Shown: piece by piece, positions 50,568 to 60,400 of the stretch
How the letters are laid out: every line of letters starts with the position of its first letter
Numbering within the stretch: the stretch's first letter is position 1
Assembly (NCBI GenBank): GCA_023251875.1
Contig: JAHEXY010000004.1
Coordinates: 130,359-194,358 of the forward strand
DNA from: Bacteroidota bacterium
GTDB taxonomy: Bacteria; Bacteroidota; Bacteroidia; JAHEXY01
Length of the DNA: 64,000 bases
Reading direction: 5' to 3'
Made by a program: the position numbers and the translations under genes
Notes under the pieces: model-generated
The model's database searches: none
What the model was told of the DNA's origin: nothing
Seen by the model: the letters and a program-made list of their open reading frames with translations, nothing else

Positions 50568-51287
50568 TTAATTCACATTTAAAGTGGTATTGCTTATACC
50601 TGCTTCAATAAAATTATTGAGTTCTTTAAGAAGATTAAGGGATGTATTCCCAATTTTTTTATTTGTAGATTTTGCCATTTTATTTAAAATCTTCTTCATA
50701 TCGTCTGCATGTTCATACAAAACAGCAAAATTTTCTATTTCATTCAATTCATTTAAGGCCTCTTGAAGTTTTAATATTAAAGCATCAAATTCATTAAAAT
50801 CATAAAAAGCCTCACAATATCTAATCAGCCATACCAATTTGGTTTCTTTAGGAGCATTAATATACAAACCTCTTAATGAATAAAGTGTTGAATTTTTAAG
50901 CTGCAGTGTTTTTTGATTCATTTCTGTTTTCAAGGCTGCGCTATGTTCTGCAAACTTTTGATCGAGTTCGTTATTTTTTTGGTTCAATATTTTTTCTGTT
51001 TTGCTCGACAAATTATTATAAACAGCATAACCCAGCCCTAGCATTAAAAAAAGCACTACAATAGAAAATAAAAACAAATTATTCGACATTATTTTTTTCT
51101 CAGCCAAACTTTGAATACTTATTGCATTCAATTCCTTATTTCTTTGACTTAGTTTGTTTACATCCAATTTTAATTGCTCAATTTGTTTGGCTTGGTTTTC
51201 TGTACGCAATGAATCATTAGTTTGAGAAAATAATAAAATACTTTTAAGACTAATAAATAATGTAATGATGAATAGTTTGGCGTTCAT
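50568..51287 (-). CDS. Hypothetical protein (signal/TM plus coiled coil)
   Basis: Two hydrophobic segments and a coiled-coil-like region; no assignable motif. Confidence 0.45.
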   Translation of the reverse strand: MNAKLFIITLFISLKSILLFSQTNDSLRTENQAKQIEQLKLDVNKLSQRNKELNAISIQSLAEKKIMSNNLFLFSIVVLFLMLGLGYAVYNNLSSKTEKILNQKNNELDQKFAEHSAALKTEMNQKTLQLKNSTLYSLRGLYINAPKETKLVWLIRYCEAFYDFNEFDALILKLQEALNELNEIENFAVLYEHADDMKKILNKMAKSTNKKIGNTSLNLLKELNNFIEAGISNTTLNVN

Positions 51288-51354
51288 TTGATTGCATTTT
51301 AAAGTATTGGGGGAATAATAATTTTTGCAAAGGTATTTTTAATGCATGGGCTTA

Positions 51355-51573
51355 TCAACAGAAAATATTTCTTTTTATTAACAAAATAATGATGTAAGAT
51401 TTGATAGGCTCAACAATAATTTTATTGTTTACATAATCAGAAACTTGATATTTTTTTGAATCAGGTGCCTCTAGAAAATAAGCTCGTTCTTTAAAAATTA
51501 TCTCAGCAAAAAATTTGATACGATAATTGTCATATTCAAATTCATGACTCTCCGAATAATTTGCGCCTTTCAT
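51355..51573 (-). CDS. Hypothetical small protein
   Basis: 72-aa ORF; no motif. Confidence 0.3.
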   Translation of the reverse strand: MKGANYSESHEFEYDNYRIKFFAEIIFKERAYFLEAPDSKKYQVSDYVNNKIIVEPIKSYIIILLIKRNIFC

Positions 51574-51642
51574 ATTATTGATTAAGAAATATATTCATCA
51601 GTGCTAATCTTAAAAATCCGCATTATCCGAGTTTCAATATAT

Positions 51643-51720
51643 TTAAATCGTCTCTGGCAACGTATATTTTCTTCCTTTATTTTGCTCTTTTAAATATTGC
51701 ATAAGGGAAGCAAAATATCT
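51643..51720 (-). pseudogene. Displaced duplicate of the 3' end of the M2 peptidase gene (encodes RYFASLMQYLKEQNKGRKYTLPETI-stop)
   Basis: Own translation of the minus strand: this fragment encodes the same 25 C-terminal residues (one P/S change) and stop as the intact gene at 52332-52406, with differences mostly at synonymous positions. Confidence 0.7.
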
Positions 51721-51721
51721 T

Positions 51722-52099
51722 CTATGCAACCTTTAATTTAAATTTTGTATAAATTTCATCCGCTATTAAACCATGCAAAGAAATATCTGCTTGCGGTATT
51801 TCTTTCCACAAGATGCCTGTACCCATATTTTCATAATTATTCAGTTGCTCCATATTTGCATTTGCTAGACCAAGTATATCTGTAATATTTTTTTCAATTA
51901 TTGTTCCATTATTTAAAACAAACAGAATTCTATTTACATTTTTTTGAATCACTAAATGTGTAATTTCAAGTTTATTTGATTCAATTGCATCATCAATGGG
52001 ATCTATATCTTTAGAATAAAATTGAACCGTTTCATTTTCATTTTTAGTTTCAAGATTTTTCAAAAAATCTTCAGTTTCTTTATTTATTAAAGGTTTCAT
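51722..52099 (-). CDS. DUF2442-like protein (partner of DUF4160)
   Basis: 125 aa; C-terminal W...ADISLHGL segment resembling DUF2442; overlaps the upstream DUF4160 ORF by 20 bp. Confidence 0.55.
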   Translation of the reverse strand: MKPLINKETEDFLKNLETKNENETVQFYSKDIDPIDDAIESNKLEITHLVIQKNVNRILFVLNNGTIIEKNITDILGLANANMEQLNNYENMGTGILWKEIPQADISLHGLIADEIYTKFKLKVA

Positions 52100-52316
52100 T
52101 CCATTTGTTTATTAAAAGTTCATAATTTAAAATCACTATTTCTACTATTTGTTTAAGTTCTCTTGGTTTAAAATTACTGGCTTTTATAATTTTAATATCT
52201 GGCACTAAAATAATTTTAGCTTTACCACTAGCCTTTGCCACATGAATATGAATAGGTTCATGTTCATTCATAAAAAAATAAAATCTATATCCATTTATTT
52301 CAAATATTGTTGGCAT
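52080..52316 (-). CDS. DUF4160-family small protein
   Basis: 78 aa; MPTIFEINGYRFYFFMNEHEPIHIHV matches the DUF4160 signature (MP.I....G.RF.FY.NDH.P.H.HV). Confidence 0.7.
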   Translation of the reverse strand: MPTIFEINGYRFYFFMNEHEPIHIHVAKASGKAKIILVPDIKIIKASNFKPRELKQIVEIVILNYELLINKWNETFNK

Positions 52317-52331
52317 ATATATATAACAAAT

Positions 52332-54239
52332 TTAAATAGTTTCCGGCAAGGTATACTTTCTTCCTTTATTCTGCTCTTTTAAATATTGCATAAGCGGTGC
52401 AAAATAATCCATAATGGCTTTAGCACTCATTTCAGAACCTAATTCATCTTTTAAAACCAATCTCCAATCTTTAGAAGCTCCTGTACTCATTACTTCTTTT
52501 AAAAAGTTTCCAATTTCTTTGTTGCCGTAATAATTGGTTGAATGCGGATCTTGATGTAAAATATCTTTTGCGATGTGCTCATGAAATTGAAAAAGCAACA
52601 CATTAGCAATAGCATAATCATAATACTGTGCAGGATCATCATTAATATGTGTTTTAGAAGCTGCATCACAAAATTCTTCACCTCTTGTTGATGGAGGAAC
52701 AATACCTTGGTATTTTAATGCTAATTCCCACCATTTTTTGTTATACTGATCTACAGGTAAATTTTGTGCATATAAATTGTATTCGAACTCCGTCATAACA
52801 CCTGCAGCCCATGGAAGAACAACAACATAACTCAAAGCTTCTTTTAAAAGTTTTTGTGTATCATCTGTTTTTGTATTGGGATCTATTAATCCAAAATTGG
52901 CTAAGAAAGGTTTTTGCATAGAGGCTAATCCCATCATGGTTCCGAAAGCTTCATGAAAACCACGATTAGCGCCTTCTCTTAAAATAATAGGTACTTGTGG
53001 TGTTGAATAAGAACGGTAGTAATAAATATGTCCTAATTCATGTAGTGCAGTTTCCCACCAACGAGAATTAGCTTCAATGCTCATTAATGAACGTATATCA
53101 TCATCATGATTAATATGCCAAGCCGAAGCATGGTTATTTTTTTTGTAGCCTGCATCAAGCGGAGCGGGATACAAACTTGATTTTTCCCAGAAAGATTTTG
53201 GTAATGAATCAAAACCTAGGCTTACATAAAAACCTTCTGATTGTTTAATAATCCACTCCGGAGTTTTTTCTTTTAAAGCAGAATCAACGTTTAATCCCTT
53301 TACATCAACCAAATCATCCCATGATTGCCCCCAGCGATTAGGTAGCCAATGCGCAGGAAGCATATCCGGTACAGGTTGCTTGTATTTATTTGCCAATTCA
53401 TATCGGGCCCAGGTATGCAATTCACGAAAAAGCGGCCAAATGTCTTTTACCATATCATGGCAAACGTTCATCATTTCATCAGTAGTCATATTATAATCAG
53501 AAACCTGATACGAGAAAAAATCTTTATAACCCAATGCTTGCACCGACTGGTTTCTCAATTGTTGCAAATTTGCAAGCCCCGGTTTTAAACCTACGCCCAC
53601 TTCTTTACTGGCTTCCCAAGCTTTTAATCTTTCATTTAAATTATTAGATGCACCAAGAATAGAATCAATTTGGTTTACACTTACAGATTTGCCATCAATT
53701 TTAAAATCGTAACCAAATAGTTTTTCTGTTTGCTCATTATTGGCTTTAATAAGAGATTTTATTACGTCTTTTATGGTTTCAGGTCCACCGGCTGCAGAAT
53801 ACAAAACAGCATTGAGTTGACGAACCTCTATATCACTCAACTCATCTTTATGTTTTAAATATTCCGTTGCTTTATTAATATTATAGGCACTTCCACTAAA
53901 ATGATTATAAGCTTCACTTGCTACTTGAGCATTGTGTTTGGCAACAGTATCTCCTTCAACAATATGTGTATTCAATGCCCAATCTGCTTCTGATGATGCA
54001 TTGAGCAATTGTTTCATGGTATCATTATAAGCAACTAGATATTGATCTACTTCTTCTTTAATACTTTTTTGTTGGGTAGATGTTCCGCAAGCTGCAAATA
54101 AACAAATAGAGCTTAGAATTAAATAGTTTTTAAAATGCATACTATAAATTTTATGGTTAGAAATAAGAATGCAAAAGTAGGGAAAAGAGATGAAGCTTGA
54201 AAGGAGTATGAGAATATGAAAATCCGTTTTGCTAATCAA
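52332..54239 (-). CDS. M2-family (angiotensin-converting-enzyme-like) peptidyl-dipeptidase with signal peptide
   Basis: HELGHIYYY...LREGANRGFHEAFGTMMGL parallels the ACE zinc-binding HEMGHIQYY...LRRGANPGFHEAIGDVLAL region. Confidence 0.8.
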   Translation of the reverse strand: MISKTDFHILILLSSFISFPYFCILISNHKIYSMHFKNYLILSSICLFAACGTSTQQKSIKEEVDQYLVAYNDTMKQLLNASSEADWALNTHIVEGDTVAKHNAQVASEAYNHFSGSAYNINKATEYLKHKDELSDIEVRQLNAVLYSAAGGPETIKDVIKSLIKANNEQTEKLFGYDFKIDGKSVSVNQIDSILGASNNLNERLKAWEASKEVGVGLKPGLANLQQLRNQSVQALGYKDFFSYQVSDYNMTTDEMMNVCHDMVKDIWPLFRELHTWARYELANKYKQPVPDMLPAHWLPNRWGQSWDDLVDVKGLNVDSALKEKTPEWIIKQSEGFYVSLGFDSLPKSFWEKSSLYPAPLDAGYKKNNHASAWHINHDDDIRSLMSIEANSRWWETALHELGHIYYYRSYSTPQVPIILREGANRGFHEAFGTMMGLASMQKPFLANFGLIDPNTKTDDTQKLLKEALSYVVVLPWAAGVMTEFEYNLYAQNLPVDQYNKKWWELALKYQGIVPPSTRGEEFCDAASKTHINDDPAQYYDYAIANVLLFQFHEHIAKDILHQDPHSTNYYGNKEIGNFLKEVMSTGASKDWRLVLKDELGSEMSAKAIMDYFAPLMQYLKEQNKGRKYTLPETI

Positions 54240-54291
54240 ACCTCTACGAGCAATGTCATTAAGTTAAGGAGAAAATTAAGCCAACGCGCAT

Positions 54292-54565
54292 GCTTCGACT
54301 TCGCTCAGCACGACCTTTGCTCGGCTGTCATGCTGAGCGAACTATGTCGTTTTTTAAGCCTGAAAGGCTTTAATATCAATAGCCTCCGATTTTATCGGAG
54401 GTAAGAGTTTGATTGTTGATTATTGAACCCCTACGGGGTTCAACTGATTTGTTTGCATTTCCCCCTGATTTCATCAGAGGTTATTCAAATTTAATCCCTT
54501 CGGGATTGGGTGAACAACAAAGCATTACTCCTTAAAAAACGACATTGGCTGAGCGAAGTCGAAGC
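54292..54565. repeat. 274-bp hairpin-rich element bounded by perfect 18-bp inverted repeats (MITE-like or structured RNA)
   Basis: GCTTCGACTTCGCTCAGC (54292-54309) and its exact reverse complement (54548-54565); nested GTCGTTTTTT / AAAAAACGAC; internal stem-loops AAGCCTGAAAGGCTT, CCTCCGATTTTATCGGAGG, GAACCCCTACGGGGTTC, ATCCCTTCGGGAT. Confidence 0.65.
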
Positions 54566-54942
54566 GTCCAAAAAAAATCCTTTTGGTACCTTAAATAATG
54601 ACATTACTCTACGAGGTATGAATACGAACGGCCTTGCGTTTCTACAATACTATATGCCCTACAGGCAATTAATTAAAAATACGACATAGGCGTTAAAGTT
54701 TTGTAGAAGGCTATAGGTTGGGCATTAACACTTCCCGTAGCAATTTCTGTAGCGGCTGTTGTAATAAAACTTTACCATCATAAAGATATTATTGCAGATT
54801 TTAAAATATTTGCCATTCCAATCTTAATTGGAATTTGTTTAGCCGTACCATTAATGTATGTTACCTACAGAAACTTATATGAAAAAAACATGGATGAAGT
54901 AAAATCTATGTTAGAAGATTTAAAAGAATAATATTACAAAAT

Positions 54943-55103
54943 GGCTTCGGGAGCCTCAGCCATCGATGTAATTGGCAACTGAGGCTCTCGAAGTCACAAA
55001 AAACAAATCCTTCAAAGTTTAAAAAACCTTGAAGGATTTTTATAGAACTTGGCTTCGAGAACCTCAGCCAACATATACAAGGGTGCCTGAGGTTCCCGAA
55101 GGC
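54943..55103. repeat. Two paralogous ~52-nt hairpins separated by a perfect terminator-like hairpin
   Basis: Unit 1 54943-54994 and unit 2 55051-55103 (GGCTTCG(G/A)GA(G/A)CCTCAGCC ... CTGAGG(C/T)TC(T/C)CGAAG), with a G-C to A-T compensatory change in the stem; middle hairpin AAATCCTTCAAAGTTTAAAAAACCTTGAAGGATTT (55005-55039). Confidence 0.6.
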
Positions 55104-55112
55104 ACAACTAGA

Positions 55113-55751
55113 TTAATGTTTTCCGTTACCATTCATTTTCATACCCGCATTTACCAAAGCCATTTCAGGCTTATAACGTAAATGCGTTACTGATTTATAT
55201 TGTTTGCCTGTACTAGTAAAAGTGCGAAGTTCTTTTTGTGTTTCTTTATCCACAAATTTCATAATGGGTTGAGCAACCGTTTCTGATTTTAAAATAATTT
55301 TCTTTAGTTTTTTATCCCAGTCTTTATAATACGTATCAAAATCAGTTATACGTAAACGTTTACGGCAATTTTCATATCCGCAAGAAAGATCCATTTCATA
55401 TTCAACATTAAACAAACCGTATTCATCGGTAATTTGTTCTCCCGGAAAAATATCTCGGGTGGCAATTTCAAAACCATAGCCGGTACTCATGGTATTGCAA
55501 TTGCAGCAGTGATTTACATATTTAGCAATATCCCAACTAATGATTCGGTTTCCTTTATCATCAATAAAAGAATATTTGTCAATGATTTCTCGGTAATTGT
55601 TATCCAGAATAAGATAATTATCGGGTGAGATACTCACCTCTAATTGATCTTTTACATATACTATTGTTCCTTCAGGTATTAGATTGGTGGCGAAAACTCC
55701 GTATCCAACTGTGGAGTTCACCCATCGCAGTTCAGTGTCTGGATGTATCAT
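55113..55751 (-). CDS. SET-domain protein (putative protein-lysine methyltransferase)
   Basis: SET signature motifs YVNHCCNCN (NHxCxPN-like) and EQITDEYG (ELxxDYG-like), followed by a Cys-rich post-SET segment CGYENCRKRL. Confidence 0.7.
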   Translation of the reverse strand: MIHPDTELRWVNSTVGYGVFATNLIPEGTIVYVKDQLEVSISPDNYLILDNNYREIIDKYSFIDDKGNRIISWDIAKYVNHCCNCNTMSTGYGFEIATRDIFPGEQITDEYGLFNVEYEMDLSCGYENCRKRLRITDFDTYYKDWDKKLKKIILKSETVAQPIMKFVDKETQKELRTFTSTGKQYKSVTHLRYKPEMALVNAGMKMNGNGKH

Positions 55752-55909
55752 GACGGCTTAATGAGAAGATTTAAATGGTTATTAAATAATGTTGATTTGT
55801 AATTGAATTCTAAAATATGAATTATATATATAAACGACTGCAATTTACGAGCTATTTTTAAATAATTGTTAATTTTTTAGGTTAAATGTTAAGATCAAAA
55901 AGAATTTAA

Positions 55910-55992
55910 GGCTTTCAAAAAATTATATTTTTCTATTCCTCTCCCTTAATCCCTCTCTAAAGAGGGATACAAATTGTAATTTTTAAAAAGCC
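55910..55992. repeat. MITE-like element copy (TIRs GGCTTTCAAAAAATT / AATTTTTAAAAAGCC; core CCTCTCCCTTAATCCCTCTCTAAAGAGGGA)
   Basis: Third copy of the ~85-bp element seen at 25810-25895 and 33954-34032. Confidence 0.6.
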
Positions 55993-56008
55993 TTAAATAG
56001 ATTACAAC

Positions 56009-57442
56009 TTAATTCCATCCCCCGCCTAATGCTTTATATAAATTGGTTATTGAATTGTATTGGCGTTTTTTTGTTTCTATTAATTCTAATTTTGAATCCA
56101 AGGCTTCACGTTGTACCATTAACACTTCTAGATAGTCTGCCTTTCCCGACTTAAAAAGATCATTCGATATATCAATGGAATTTGTTAATGCATCAACCGC
56201 TTTCATCTTTTGATCGTATAACTTTTGTAAGTTAGAGATGTTAGACATTTCATTTGAAACTTCTACATATCCGTTCAGAATTGTTTTTTGATAATCGTAC
56301 ATTGCCTCCAATTGATAAGCTTTCGCTTTATTAAATTCTGCTTTGATGGCGCTTCGATTGATTAGGGGGGCTGTTAAATCTCCCAATATAGAATAAATCA
56401 TAGATTCAGGTGTAATAAATAGATAGGAGGGTTTAAAACCTTGAAAACCCAATGCACCCGTAATACTTATAGACGGATAAAATTCTGCACGCGCAACTTC
56501 TACATCACATTTAGTAGCATACAATTCTAACTCTGCTTGTTTGATATCAGGCCGATTCTTTAACAATTGAGAAGGAATACCTGCTTTTACCTGCATAGGC
56601 AATTGATCCTTAAAAGCTGTTGCATCACGAGTAATGGGTTGAGGATATCTTCCTAATAAAAAATTCAATTTATTTTCGCTTTCAAGAATCTGTTGCTGTA
56701 TATCGTATTCCATACTTTGCGTATTGAACACTTCTGCTTCAAATTGTTTAACGGCTAATTCCGTTGCCAATGAGGCCTCTTTTTGAATTCTTACAATTTC
56801 CAAAGCATTTTTTTTCAACTGAATCATTTGTTGAATGTATTCCAGCTCATTATCTAGCGAAAGCAATTCATAATACGTGTTAGCAACTTCTGCAACCAGA
56901 TTGGTAAGTACAAAATTTTTACCTTCAATGGAACCTAAATACCTTGAAAAAGCAGCCTTTTTAGCATTGCGCATCTTAGCCCATACATCAACCTCCCAAC
57001 TCGTTTGCAAACCCAGGTAAAAATCACTGAGATTTTCGGGTACCTTTTTTCCAGGGATGATATCAGCAGAAGCATCTCCTGCTCCTTGACTCGTATATAG
57101 ACCCACTTTTTCTAGTCCTGCTCCTACTCCAGCTGAAACGGTTGGGAATAATAAACCTTTCCTAAATTTTACATCACTTTTTGCAATTTCAATTTCTTGA
57201 AGGGTTATCAAAAGCTCCACATTATTTTTTAAAGCAGTATCGATAAGTGCAACCAAATACTTATCAGCAAAAAAATCTTTCCAATTTATCTCTGCCGAAT
57301 TGATGGAGTCTTTTGAGGTAGTATAGGATGACGGTAAGGATTTAACCTCGGTTTGTTGCATAGGTGCAATGGTTTTACAACTTGCATAAACTATGCATAT
57401 CAATAAAACACCAATCCTTTTATTTTTTCTAAATAAGTTCAT
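56009..57442 (-). CDS. TolC/NodT-family outer-membrane efflux protein
   Basis: Two tandem coiled-coil/beta-barrel repeats typical of outer-membrane factors; lipoprotein-like signal (VYASCK); last gene of the RND operon. Confidence 0.8.
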   Translation of the reverse strand: MNLFRKNKRIGVLLICIVYASCKTIAPMQQTEVKSLPSSYTTSKDSINSAEINWKDFFADKYLVALIDTALKNNVELLITLQEIEIAKSDVKFRKGLLFPTVSAGVGAGLEKVGLYTSQGAGDASADIIPGKKVPENLSDFYLGLQTSWEVDVWAKMRNAKKAAFSRYLGSIEGKNFVLTNLVAEVANTYYELLSLDNELEYIQQMIQLKKNALEIVRIQKEASLATELAVKQFEAEVFNTQSMEYDIQQQILESENKLNFLLGRYPQPITRDATAFKDQLPMQVKAGIPSQLLKNRPDIKQAELELYATKCDVEVARAEFYPSISITGALGFQGFKPSYLFITPESMIYSILGDLTAPLINRSAIKAEFNKAKAYQLEAMYDYQKTILNGYVEVSNEMSNISNLQKLYDQKMKAVDALTNSIDISNDLFKSGKADYLEVLMVQREALDSKLELIETKKRQYNSITNLYKALGGGWN

Positions 57443-57470
57443 GTTTACTATTTGTAATTATAAATTGGTA

Positions 57471-60400
57471 TTATTCATCAATTTCTTCAGTTAAAGGATT
57501 TTCTTCTTCATTTTCAACTATAGGATGTTTTTCAGAAATGCTTGCAAAAATGAAATACAGTCCGGGAATGAGCATTACACCAAATAGAGTTCCAAACAAC
57601 ATTCCTCCTGCTGCTGCAGATCCAATGGTTCTATTACCAATTGCACCAGGACCTGTTGCAAGCATAAGAGGAATTAATCCGGCAATAAAAGCAAAGGATG
57701 TCATTAAGATTGGACGCAACCTCACTGCCGCACCTTCAATTGCTGCTTTAAAAGGAGTCATTCCTTCGCGGTGTTTCTGAACAGCAAATTCAACAATCAA
57801 TACGGCATTCTTGCCTAACAATCCAATTAACATTACCATCGATACCTGTGCATAAATATTGTTTTCAAGGCCCAACATTTTAAGAAAGAAAAAAGCCCCA
57901 AAAATTCCGGTTGGTAGTGACAGGATTACAGGAAAGGGTAAAATAAAACTTTCGTACTGAGCAGCTAGAACGAGGTACACAAAAATCAAACAAATGAGAA
58001 AAATATAAATAGCCTCATTTCCTCTTCCTACTTCATCTTTTGATATTCCGGCCCAGTCAATTCCAAAACCTCTTGGTAATTTTATTTTTGCTTCTTCCTG
58101 AATAGCAGCAATAGCTGCTCCACTACTATAACCAGGTGCTGCACTACCACTAATTTCAGAAGAATTATACATATTGTGTCGGGTAATTTCTTCCATTCCG
58201 TATACTTTATCAACCGTCATAAATGCTGAATAGGGAACCATTTCATCCTTATCATTTTTCACATAAAGTTTCAAAATATCCTGAGGCTGTTCTCTGTATT
58301 GAGGCAATGCCTGCACCATTACTTTGTACTGGCGGTCGTACTTAATAAAGTTGGTTTCATAATTACTTCCAATAAGTGTTGACAAGTTATTCATTGCATT
58401 ATCGATGGTTACTCCTTTTTGCTGCGCTTTATCATTATCAATATTTAGCATGTACTGAGGAAAGCTTGCGCTGTAAAAAGTAAAAACAGATGAAAGCTCA
58501 GGTCTTTTATTTAATTCTTTTACAAAGTCCTTATTCACCGTTTCCATTTTTTTGTAATCACCACTTCCACCTTTATCTAATAAACGCAATTCAAACCCAC
58601 CTGCAGCACCATAGCCTGGAACTGCAGGAGGAGGGAAAAACTCAATATTGGCACCTTTAATATCTTTTGTTTTTTCTTCTAGCTCTTCCATTACTTCAGC
58701 CGTTGAATGTTTTCTTTCATCCCAACTCTTGAGGTTAATAAGACAGGTTCCGGAATTAGCTCCTTCACCTTCTGATAAAATTTCAAAACCCGCCAAAGAT
58801 GAAACAGATTTTATGTCTTCTAATTCTTCTGCAACTTTTTGAATCTGAAAAGCAACAGCATTAGTTCTTTCTAATGTTGAACCCGGAGGCGTATTAATAA
58901 TAGCATAAAAAACGCCTTGATCTTCATTGGGAATAAATCCGGATGGAATAACAGTATTTAAGCCCCAACTGGCGATGCAGAAAATGATCAAGGCTAAAAA
59001 TGTAACCGCTCTTTTATTTACAATTACATTCAATACTTTTTTATACTTGCCTAATATGCGACCAAACCAGTTATTGAAAGCATCCAGAAAACGATTGATT
59101 GGCGTTTTTCTTTTTTCAATTCCGTGCATATTTTTTAACATGATGGCACACAATGCAGGAGTTAATGTTAAAGCAATAACACCCGATAAAATAATGGACG
59201 TTGCCATGGTTACAGAAAACTGTCGGTAGAAGATTCCTACAGGTCCGGTCATAAATGCAACAGGAATAAATACTGCAGCCATAACTAAAGTAATAGCAAT
59301 GATGGCCCCACTTATTTCGTGCATGGCTAATTCTGTTGCTGCTTTTGGATCTAGATTTTTTTCTTCCATTTTTGCGTGAACGGCTTCTACCACAACAATT
59401 GCATTATCCACCACAATGCCAATAGCAAGCACTAGCGCAAACAAAGTGATCATGTTAAGCGTGATTCCAAAAAATTGCATGAAGAAGAATGTTCCTACTA
59501 AAGATACAGGCACGGCAATAGCGAGGATAAGGGTAGAACGCCAGTCTCCTAAAAATACAAATACTACTAAGCCCACTAATAAAAATGCTTCTATTAATGT
59601 GTGAATTACTTTATCGATAGAAGCGTCTAAGAATTTGGATACATCATAACTTATTTCATAATCCATTCCTTTAGGAAATGAATTTTCTTTTATTTCTTCC
59701 ATTTTCTTTTTAATCTTCTTGATCACATCGCTTGCATTGCTGCCATACGATTGTTTAACCATTATCGCAGCAGCCGGTTTTCCATTGAGCGTTGAATAGA
59801 TATCATAATAGGCAGTACCGAATTCAACTTGAGCAACATCTTTAATCCGAAGTATTTCTCCATCAGGACTCGATCTCAAAATAATATTCTCGTATTGCTC
59901 CTTGGTAGTATACCTACCGGGATATTTTAATACATATTCAAAAGCTTGTGATTTTTTTCCGGAGCTTTCACCTGTTTTTCCCGGTGCAGCTTCTAAACTC
60001 TGTTCGTCTAATGCTTTTAAAACATCATCTGCTGAAATTTTATAGGCTAACATTCTGTCCGGTTTCAACCAAATACGCATCGCATATTCTCTGTCTCCAA
60101 GAATATCAGCAAATCCAACACCATCAACACTTTTTAATTCAGAAAGTATATTTATATCAGCAAAGTTGTAAATAAAATTTACATCAGAACCCTTGTCTTT
60201 ACTATACAAATTAATATACATAAGCATATTTGATTCTTCTCTGCTGATTTTAATACCTTCTCTAACAACAATGGGAGGTAATTTATTGGTTACTGCTGCT
60301 ACCCTATTTTGAATATTAACAGCAGCAATGTTAGGATCTGTTCCTAACTCAAAAACTACGGTTATTAAACATTCTCCATCGTTACCGGCATCAGAGGCAA

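Noticed and set aside
51643-52406. Interpreting the DUF4160/DUF2442 insert as a prophage or integrative element with its own recombinase
   Set aside because: The segment between the duplicated gene ends is only about 0.7 kb and contains just the two small ORFs; no integrase or recombinase motif is present, so only a cassette-type insertion is claimed.
54216-54404. 62-aa ORF overlapping the start of the M2 peptidase gene and the hairpin element
   Set aside because: The reading frame runs through inverted repeats and stem-loops of the 54292-54565 element; the structure explains the sequence better than coding potential.
54707-54931. Reading frame encoding a TM-like peptide (WALTLPVAISVAAVVIKLY...MYVTYRNLYEKNMDEVKSMLEDLKE)
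   Set aside because: No start codon upstream of the hydrophobic segment (an in-frame stop at 54704-54706 precedes it); possibly a gene remnant, but not callable as a CDS.
54943-55103. Tandem hairpins as a possible CRISPR array
   Set aside because: Only two repeat units, themselves imperfect palindromes that diverge from each other, with no regular spacer periodicity and no cas genes; they behave like REP or structured-RNA elements instead.
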